From NCBI GenBank assembly GCA_048940445.1, contig JBHLON010000042.1:1-25395 (forward strand): DNA of 25,395 nt, written 5' to 3'. How positions within the stretch are numbered: the stretch's first letter is position 1; the number at the start of each line of letters is the position of its first letter. A program made the position numbers and the translations under genes. This DNA comes from Promethearchaeota archaeon. GTDB taxonomy: Archaea > Asgardarchaeota > Lokiarchaeia > Sigyniarchaeales > SOKP01. Of the stretch, positions 18,231-25,395 are shown in pieces. The notes under the pieces were generated by a model. That model searched no databases and was not told the DNA's origin. It saw nothing but the letters and a program-made list of their open reading frames with translations.

Positions 18231-20291
18231 ATGAAAATTCTATTAATCCACTCTGATGGAGTAGAAGTAATTAAGAATGCCCCAGCCACGAGTGAGCCAC
18301 AAGAATTTCCCGAAGATGTAATAAAATTGGAAGGCTTAATTCTTGTTGCTTATGTTTCAGTTGAAGATCAAGATACATATGATACTGATTTGATTGCAAA
18401 ACAAGGCGCTGAAGTAATCGAGGATGCTATAATTCAAATAACAAGCTTCCCAGAAAAAGTAAGAGAAAAAAATGAGGAAATTAGGAACTACAATAAGAAA
18501 GTTGAGAAGGGAGAACTTAAAGGAAAGATTAAAAAAATCATAAAATTAGTTAAAGAAAGAGATTTTTACAATGTCGATAAAGTAGTGGTTTATCCGTGGG
18601 CACATTTAAGTAAATTTCTCAGTCATGAACCAAATGCTATGGAAGTATGTCCTAAAATTGTTAAATTTTTAGAAGAAAAAGGTATTGAAGCGAAAGCTTC
18701 TCCTTTTGGATGGTATAAATCATTTAAAGTTAATTGTATTGGTCATGAAGTAGCAGAGATGTATAGAGATATAAAACTAGCTATACAACCAGAAGAACAA
18801 GTAAAAAATTCTGAGTTCAAAATTATTACTCCAGAAGGAAAAGAATTAGATATAAAATTTGATGACAATAAAGACATAATTCCATTAAAAGAAATAAAGG
18901 ATCAAGATTTTATTGTTTTCCTAAATTCAGAACTCGGATCAAGACGAGTAGATAAATCTGTAGAACCTGTTCATATCAAAGTAATGAAAGAATTTGAATT
19001 AGTTGATTTTGATCCTAATACTGACGCTGGGAACTTGAGATGGTATACGAAAGGGGTTATCATGAAGAATATCCTTAAGAATTTTGTTGAGGATAGATTA
19101 ATTGATTATGGAGCAATACTTATTGATACGCCAATCATGTACACTGTCAAGAATAAAAAATTGACTGCTCAAACTGCAAGGTTTCCTGCAAGGAGCTATT
19201 GGCTTGAATCTGGAAGTGATAGATATTTATTACGATATGCTTCAGATTTTCTGTTATTTGATTTATTTTCATCTATGAACTTAAAACCTCAGTATTTTCC
19301 TTTAAGAGCCTATGAATGGGAGCAATATTCGTTTAGAAGAGAATTAGAAGGAGAATTAACAGGATTAAGAAGGTTACGTGCATTTATAATGCCGGATTTA
19401 CATACAATGTGCATAGATCTGAGTTCTGCCATCGAGGAATTTAAGAAGCAATACTTTCTAATAAAGAGTCTAGAAAAAGATTTAGGAGTTAAATCATATG
19501 TAATTTTCAGAATAACTAAAGAGTTTTATAAAGAGAATAAGGATTGGATAATAGAATTAATAAGAACCGAAGAATCACCTATACTATTAGAATTATGGGA
19601 AGAAAGATACTATTATTACGTTTTAAAACTTGAAAGAAATGTACTGTCTGCTGAAAATAAAAGTGCCACATTAGCTACTAATCAAATAGATGTTGAAAGT
19701 TCTTTAGATTATATGGTTGATTCTGATGGAAAGAAGAGACAAAAATACGATATATCATTTAAAGATAATGATGGAAATATAATACATCCCATTATTTTAC
19801 ACAACTCCCCAACTGGGGGTCTAGAAAGAGTTTTATGGGGTTTAATTGAAGCTGCAATTAGAACTAAAAGTAAAATAGTTCCTGGTTTTAAAACATGGTT
19901 ATCCCCAATTCAAGTTCGAGTAATAACAGTCAGTGATGATCAAAATGTATATGCTGAAATGGTTTCAGAAATATTAAATAGTGAAGGCTTTCGATGTGAT
20001 TTCGATGATCGCGAAGAAACTGTAAGTAAAAAGATACGACAGGCAGAGATTGAGTGGATTCCATATATCATCATTTTAGGAAGCAAAGAACAGGATAATC
20101 AAACAGTCTCAGTTAGAAAAAGACTAATTGGAAAACCTTTTGGCCCAAAGAAAACTACTTCAGAGCAATTTAATGATATTAAATTAAGCGAGTTACTCGA
20201 AAAGTTAGAAGAGGAAAATAAAAGTTATCCAAAATATAAGCTTCCAAAACCATATCGAAAGTTTTCAACTAGAATTTACTTTAGAAAATAA
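18231..20291 (+). CDS. thrS: Threonine--tRNA ligase, archaeal type with N-terminal editing domain
   Basis: MKILLIHSD, YPWAHL, PFGWYKSF...C.GH; FRRE..GEL.GL.RLRAF.MPD.H; ILHNSPTGGLER; anticodon-binding C-terminal domain. Confidence 0.96.
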   Translation: MKILLIHSDGVEVIKNAPATSEPQEFPEDVIKLEGLILVAYVSVEDQDTYDTDLIAKQGAEVIEDAIIQITSFPEKVREKNEEIRNYNKKVEKGELKGKIKKIIKLVKERDFYNVDKVVVYPWAHLSKFLSHEPNAMEVCPKIVKFLEEKGIEAKASPFGWYKSFKVNCIGHEVAEMYRDIKLAIQPEEQVKNSEFKIITPEGKELDIKFDDNKDIIPLKEIKDQDFIVFLNSELGSRRVDKSVEPVHIKVMKEFELVDFDPNTDAGNLRWYTKGVIMKNILKNFVEDRLIDYGAILIDTPIMYTVKNKKLTAQTARFPARSYWLESGSDRYLLRYASDFLLFDLFSSMNLKPQYFPLRAYEWEQYSFRRELEGELTGLRRLRAFIMPDLHTMCIDLSSAIEEFKKQYFLIKSLEKDLGVKSYVIFRITKEFYKENKDWIIELIRTEESPILLELWEERYYYYVLKLERNVLSAENKSATLATNQIDVESSLDYMVDSDGKKRQKYDISFKDNDGNIIHPIILHNSPTGGLERVLWGLIEAAIRTKSKIVPGFKTWLSPIQVRVITVSDDQNVYAEMVSEILNSEGFRCDFDDREETVSKKIRQAEIEWIPYIIILGSKEQDNQTVSVRKRLIGKPFGPKKTTSEQFNDIKLSELLEKLEEENKSYPKYKLPKPYRKFSTRIYFRK

Positions 20292-20308
20292 TTTTTTGTT
20301 AATAGGGA

Positions 20309-20938
20309 TTGTTAATGGTTGTAAAATGCATCATTTTTGATTTAGGAGGAGTTATTGTTGAGTTAGATTTTAGTCGTTTTTTTAATGAAGTAATTACACC
20401 CTCTCCTTTAAATAAGCCAAGTACCCCTATGATGATGGAATTTTTTCGGCAATCTGATACTTTTCATCAAGGTAAAATTACTAAGGAAGAATTTTATCAG
20501 CTTGCCTGTGAATTACTTCAAGTTTGTTCATTAAATCAAAAGGCTTTCTATGATGCATTTAATAGTATTATAGCAGATATAAATTTGGAGATATTAGAAT
20601 TAATAAAAACTCTTAAAACATTAAATAATGTAAAGTTGATGTGCTTATCCAATATCAATATTAGTCACTGGAAATATCTAAAAAAGCAAAACTGGGATAT
20701 TTGGAATTTATTCGATGATTTCATCTTATCTCATGAAATTCATTTAACTAAACCTGATCCTGCAATTTTCAAATTAGCTATCAAAAAAGCTAAATGTAAA
20801 CCAGAAGAAATCTTATTTATTGATGATGGATTGAATAACGTGAAAGCAGCTAAAGCTCTTAAAATAAATGCTATCAAGTTTAATGATATCAAAAAACTAA
20901 AAGAAGATTTAATTGCTAATAATATTAAATTAAAATGA
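20309..20938 (+). CDS. HAD superfamily hydrolase (YihX-like)
   Basis: IFDLGGV, LSN, KPDPAIF, LFIDD...NV.AA. Confidence 0.9.
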   Translation: MLMVVKCIIFDLGGVIVELDFSRFFNEVITPSPLNKPSTPMMMEFFRQSDTFHQGKITKEEFYQLACELLQVCSLNQKAFYDAFNSIIADINLEILELIKTLKTLNNVKLMCLSNINISHWKYLKKQNWDIWNLFDDFILSHEIHLTKPDPAIFKLAIKKAKCKPEEILFIDDGLNNVKAAKALKINAIKFNDIKKLKEDLIANNIKLK

Positions 20939-20946
20939 AGTCTTAA

Positions 20947-21483
20947 TTATTCCTCTAAGGCGCTCTCTAAACACGCCTTTGCTAAATTTATAAATGCCTC
21001 TTCTACATTGTCACCAGTTTTCGCAGAAGTCTCGAGATAATCATAACAATTTAGCCTTTGAGCTAAATCCTCTGCTTCTGATCTTTCTACTTGTCGATTT
21101 AAATCTATTTTATTACCAACTATAACCATAGGAATTGATTTTTTAACCGATTTTTTGATGCTACTGATCCAACCAGGAAGTTTCAATAACGAAGGCTGAC
21201 TCGTGACATCATAAACGCCTATAGCTCCATTGCTGCCTTTAAAATAGATTTGACGTAGCTTACTGAAAGTTTCTTGACCTCCAATATCCCAAAGAAGTAA
21301 TCTTATATTTGATTCTCCAATTTCCACATCTTTTATTAAGAAATTTGAACCAATTGTTTGCTTTAAATCTGGGTTAAAATAATCCTTTATGTATCTTATT
21401 AGAAGGGAGGTTTTACCTACTCCACCTGCACCAAAAAGAGTTATCTTAAACTTATACATAGTTTTTTGCATTTTATTCAACAT
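20947..21483 (-). CDS. Rab-like small GTPase
   Basis: GAGGVGKTS, TIG..F, LWDIGGQE.F, YFKG, GNKID, ETSAK; no prenylation Cys. Confidence 0.93.
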   Translation of the reverse strand: MLNKMQKTMYKFKITLFGAGGVGKTSLLIRYIKDYFNPDLKQTIGSNFLIKDVEIGESNIRLLLWDIGGQETFSKLRQIYFKGSNGAIGVYDVTSQPSLLKLPGWISSIKKSVKKSIPMVIVGNKIDLNRQVERSEAEDLAQRLNCYDYLETSAKTGDNVEEAFINLAKACLESALEE

Positions 21484-21704
21484 GTTTTATGTTATGATAT
21501 AAAAATAGGTTAATTTAAAAAATTTTAAAATTACAATTCAGCTTTTATATATTTGATATATTATATTTAAGGTATTTATATGTTTAGCACTAGTTATAGA
21601 TGGAAGATATTATATCTATAATTGAAGACTAAATCAAATTAATTTTCATATAAATCATTTTATCTAATTAATAGGATTTTAAAGCCCGCTATTAAAGAGT
21701 CTTT

Positions 21705-23000
21705 TTAGTGTTCTTTCTTGATTTTGTCTACAATTATTTGGGTCTCTTTCTTAATTTCGTGAGTGGTTTTTTGCCCTATTCTTCCAATTTGGACCATTAA
21801 CCATTCCGGACTGCCAATTCCTTTACCATATTCTATCCAAATATACATTAAAAATCCCATTAAAGCGGTAAAGGCAACCCAAACAAATATAAAAATTAAA
21901 ATATTAAAGGATCTATAAAACAGGGTAATAAATGTATAATGTACAAGAAACAAACTAAGAGAAATCTTACCATAATAGACAAGCATATCAGCAAAGTTAT
22001 TATTTTTTCCCTTAATATCTATTAAATAGAAGAAAATTGCTATGATAAATAATGCCCATCCCAAATTATAACACATATTCGAAGATCTCCCTCTGATGAG
22101 AAAATCAGGCATTCCTGGTATATTAGCTAATTTTGTAAATAAATCTATATGAGGATATTCAATATTTGATAATGTTGTATCCGTTTGTATTGGTGTTCCT
22201 CCTATAAAGGGATATATAACCCCTATAAGTATAAGAGAAATTCCCCAATATAAAAATATTCTAAAAAGAACAGTATAAGCTTGTTTAGTTCCATCAATCA
22301 TTGCGTCATAAAGATATTCACCAAAAATAGTTGTAATAAAGCAAATAGATACGAATGGAATTAACGGTGCCTGAGGGAAGGGTGAAACTGTAATGTAACG
22401 AATTATTGTAAGAAATACATTTCCCGATAGTTCTCCTTCATATAAAAACTGTCTAATTGCGTCTGATGTAAAAATGATAACAGTACCAATAATCGCTCTC
22501 ATTGTTTTACCTAATTTGAGAGCATAAAGTGAAACAATTTGAGAAAACCCAATAAACACTAAAATATTCCAGTTCCAGATATTAAGAATACCTCCTGGCA
22601 ATCTTAAAGCTGATGGAATATTATATAATAATCCAATCACCATTATAACAATCCCACGTGTAACGATCCCATTTCTAATGACTTTATTTGGTAAAATACC
22701 TTCTTTTCGCCTAACACTAAAAATTACACTAAGTGCTGAAAGGAAAATAAATAAAGAAGGACCAAGTATATCAAGTAAGGCGTACATTAACCCATAGAGA
22801 AATCTCCATTGAGGATTAAGCCAAGAGTCAGCTGTATGTGCAAGTATAACAAAAACTATTGCGAGACCTTTAACAAAGTCAATACTTCTAATTCTTTTTG
22901 GAGAAGCAACCTCTTTAAGATCATCAACCGGTATTTCCTTTTTCAAGTAATCAAAAAGAGGTATTGAATCCATTTCTAACCTTTCTTCTTCAGACGACAT
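21705..23000 (-). CDS. Multi-pass membrane acyltransferase-like protein (HGSNAT/DUF1624 domain)
   Basis: RIRSIDFVKGLAIVFVILAH, P.FIFL, PLIPF, YGKISLSLFLVH; many TM segments. Confidence 0.75.
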   Translation of the reverse strand: MSSEEERLEMDSIPLFDYLKKEIPVDDLKEVASPKRIRSIDFVKGLAIVFVILAHTADSWLNPQWRFLYGLMYALLDILGPSLFIFLSALSVIFSVRRKEGILPNKVIRNGIVTRGIVIMVIGLLYNIPSALRLPGGILNIWNWNILVFIGFSQIVSLYALKLGKTMRAIIGTVIIFTSDAIRQFLYEGELSGNVFLTIIRYITVSPFPQAPLIPFVSICFITTIFGEYLYDAMIDGTKQAYTVLFRIFLYWGISLILIGVIYPFIGGTPIQTDTTLSNIEYPHIDLFTKLANIPGMPDFLIRGRSSNMCYNLGWALFIIAIFFYLIDIKGKNNNFADMLVYYGKISLSLFLVHYTFITLFYRSFNILIFIFVWVAFTALMGFLMYIWIEYGKGIGSPEWLMVQIGRIGQKTTHEIKKETQIIVDKIKKEH

Positions 23001-23317
23001 AATTTCTAAAGAAATTTTACTAATTCGTATTTTAAATTGAAAAAATAAATTAATATTTAATTTACTTTTATCTTATTTGAATGTTTATATCCTCAAGTTT
23101 AAATTAATACATTGTGAGATAAATCATCTATTTAAGAATTAGTTGATTAAATGTTTATTGCAATTTGTTATATTAACTATTTATGTGATGTTATTACCAA
23201 TAGATTTCGAAATGATTATTTAATTAAGCGTGAAGTTAAAATTAAAGAGTAATATTAATTATATAATTCTATAATTATAGAATATTCAGATTAAAAATTT
23301 TAATTTGAGATTTAATT

Positions 23318-23740
23318 ATGAATTTTAGATTCAAAATTGATTATCGGTTGCTAGGATTAACAGGATCAATTTTAATGATCATTTCTCAGTTTTTATCATG
23401 GTTTTCTGGTTACACTTTATTGGATATATATATTTTAAATACCGGTTTTGAGGTTGGAAATTCATTTTTATATCTATTTCCCTTAGTTTGCGGATCTATC
23501 TGTTTAATAGGCACTGTATTAATTTATATCAAAAAAGATTATAGGATCAATTCAATCATAATCAATTTCATTGGATTTGCATTTTTCCTTATCTTTTTAT
23601 TTGAATTAATACCCCAAGAAATTATATATATCCCTAGTGCGGGTATTGGGTTTTATATTTCTATTATTGGAGCTATCTTAATCTTTTTTCATAATTTAAA
23701 TATTCTTTTGACTCGAGAAAAACCTACAGAAGGGAGTTAG
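23318..23740 (+). CDS. Hypothetical 4-TM membrane protein
   Basis: 140 aa, four hydrophobic segments, FLSWF and GIGFY motifs. Confidence 0.75.
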   Translation: MNFRFKIDYRLLGLTGSILMIISQFLSWFSGYTLLDIYILNTGFEVGNSFLYLFPLVCGSICLIGTVLIYIKKDYRINSIIINFIGFAFFLIFLFELIPQEIIYIPSAGIGFYISIIGAILIFFHNLNILLTREKPTEGS

Positions 23741-23742
23741 AG

Positions 23743-24639
23743 ATTTTAGGTAACAAAGACGAGGACATTGATAAACATAAATCAGATGATTTAGAATCAA
23801 ATTTTTATTATGCTTTAGGTCATGATTTAAGAAGAAGAATTATTAAAATTATTGGAGAACATGAATGTACATCCTTTACGCAGCTTAAAAGGGAGTTAAA
23901 GGTAAGTACTGGAACAATCTATCATCATCTAGACGCATTGTCTCAACTTGTTGAACAAGGAGATGATAAAAAATATTACTTAACTGAATTAGGAGAACAT
24001 GCTTATGAATCTTTAAAGAACAATATTGACATTATTATTGCTCCTGATTTTTCAACGAGAGAATTTAATTCTCCGATTTTGAAAAGTTTGATGATTTTAA
24101 CTCCAAAAAAGTTTATAAATTATCAAGAGGATTATAGAATCTTCACTGTTGTTCTTTCGATTTGTATTTTAACTTTAGGAATAATATTTAGTAGTTTGAA
24201 TAATTTCTTCCCAATTTTTTTATTCTTTCTTAATACCGATCGATTAGTCAATGTAAATACCATTACTCTACAAGTTTTATTTGGGATAATTTTTCTTATC
24301 AACTTCTTATTTTACTATTTTATTAATGAGATAATCTGTCGTCTTATTTATAAGAAAAAGGAAAATACTGTTAAATTTTTTATATCTTTTAGTCTCATTT
24401 TCTACCCTAATATACTATACTTAGTACTTCATTACATATTCAAGGAGTTAGATCTTCTATCCTTTTCAGCAGTAAGCATTATAGATTATGTATTGATGAT
24501 AATTTTTCAGGTTTGGTCGTTATGGCTTCTCACTTATAACTTAATGGTAAATAAACATCTTAAGGTTGAAAGTGCGCTTATAATTTCTTTATTAGTCCAT
24601 TATGCAGCCTTCTCATTTATATTAGCTCTAACGATTTAA
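23743..24639 (+). CDS. ArsR-like winged-helix fused to 5-TM Yip1-like domain (non-canonical start; ORF track truncates it to 23938)
   Basis: The frame upstream of 23938 reads FYYALGHDLRRRIIKII...SFTQLKRELKVSTGTIYHHLDAL..LVEQ...YYLTELG. The C-terminal W.LWLL...L....L....ALII resembles Yip1. Confidence 0.75.
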   Translation: MLGNKDEDIDKHKSDDLESNFYYALGHDLRRRIIKIIGEHECTSFTQLKRELKVSTGTIYHHLDALSQLVEQGDDKKYYLTELGEHAYESLKNNIDIIIAPDFSTREFNSPILKSLMILTPKKFINYQEDYRIFTVVLSICILTLGIIFSSLNNFFPIFLFFLNTDRLVNVNTITLQVLFGIIFLINFLFYYFINEIICRLIYKKKENTVKFFISFSLIFYPNILYLVLHYIFKELDLLSFSAVSIIDYVLMIIFQVWSLWLLTYNLMVNKHLKVESALIISLLVHYAAFSFILALTI

Positions 24640-25395
24640 TAAAAAAATTTCTCTTTTTGAAAATATTGATAATCTCATTAATTCTTGTTTCAGAAGAGAG
24701 GATATCTTTTGTCTTAGTAGCAATGAAGCATGAATAAAAATCTTCATGAATATTTTTTATCTTTATTGGGGGTGTAATTATTTCTGGAATCATTTTTAAT
24801 ATTTGAGGAATTATTATCTCGTTTACATCTAGAAAACATACGCTCCCTTCATACTTTAGAGTTAAATTCCCATATTTAGAGAAATTTTGGAATTCTAATT
24901 CATCTACATTGAATTCATTATTTCTAGCATTCATAAGAACTTCTATAAGGTTTTGATTAATCGTATTTCTTATTCCTATATACGAGGTGGTTAGCCTTGG
25001 ATTAATTTCTATAAAACTTAATGCACCATTTTCTTGTTGGATAAAATCTATACCAAAGTAACTATCAAAAGGTTCAAATTCAACTGTGTTGAAATGTTTT
25101 TCAAGTTTAGACACTAAACGTTCCCAGTTCTCAACAGGAGTATAACCACCAATATATCGTGATTCTTTGTTAACATCTTTTATAACAACGTTTTGTGCAT
25201 TAATACCTATTATTATTGGTGAATCCTTACATCCAATTAAAGAAACGCTAAGATCTTTTCCTTCAACAAATTTTTGTAAAATGTAAGTCCGTTCTCGATC
25301 AATTAGGGGGGTATTTTTACTGAAAGTTTCTAATATTTTTTCTTCAGAGTCAAAATAATAAATATCTTCTGCCCCAACTCCATCTTCTGGCTTTA
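24617..25395 (-). CDS. ATP-grasp ligase (MfnD/tyramine-glutamate ligase-like), 5'-partial
   Basis: Frame open to the window end: KPEDGVGAE, ILQKFVEG.D.SVS, YFGIDF, IEINPRLTTSY.G. Confidence 0.82.
   Translation of the reverse strand, partial: KPEDGVGAEDIYYFDSEEKILETFSKNTPLIDRERTYILQKFVEGKDLSVSLIGCKDSPIIIGINAQNVVIKDVNKESRYIGGYTPVENWERLVSKLEKHFNTVEFEPFDSYFGIDFIQQENGALSFIEINPRLTTSYIGIRNTINQNLIEVLMNARNNEFNVDELEFQNFSKYGNLTLKYEGSVCFLDVNEIIIPQILKMIPEIITPPIKIKNIHEDFYSCFIATKTKDILSSETRINEIINIFKKRNFFIKSLELI

Noticed and set aside
23001-23317. Long AT-rich intergenic region as ncRNA, origin or CRISPR
   Set aside because: No GC-rich stems, repeats or ORB-like boxes seen; consistent with divergent promoters.
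1-25395. tRNA, rRNA, IS, integrase or defence genes
   Set aside because: None recognised by eye; tRNAscan-SE or Infernal would be needed to exclude small RNAs.

Overview
AT-rich archaeal chromosomal window, most likely Asgard archaea (Lokiarchaeia-like). The evidence is an archaeal ThrRS, SepRS, RibK/RibL and translin, together with a Rab-like GTPase and a longin-like protein. The left part (1-9.5 kb) is metabolic: a partial phytoene-desaturase-like FAD oxidoreductase, two tandem tail-anchored paralogues, and a catabolic cluster (Gfo/Idh/MocA, atypical M24, two SDRs, BKACE, KdgK-like kinase). At 9.6-11.9 kb, three tiny membrane proteins (one with a synaptobrevin/R-SNARE-like pattern) sit divergently from a bPH2-XRE fusion and a second XRE regulator, with repeated palindromic operator-like sites between them. 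The right part is mostly housekeeping plus eukaryotic-signature-like genes (longin+NPRL2-like wHTH, Rab-like GTPase, wHTH-Yip1-like). Two or three genes appear to need non-canonical start codons. I saw no rRNA, tRNA, CRISPR array or mobile element. All family calls come from recalled motifs, not database searches.
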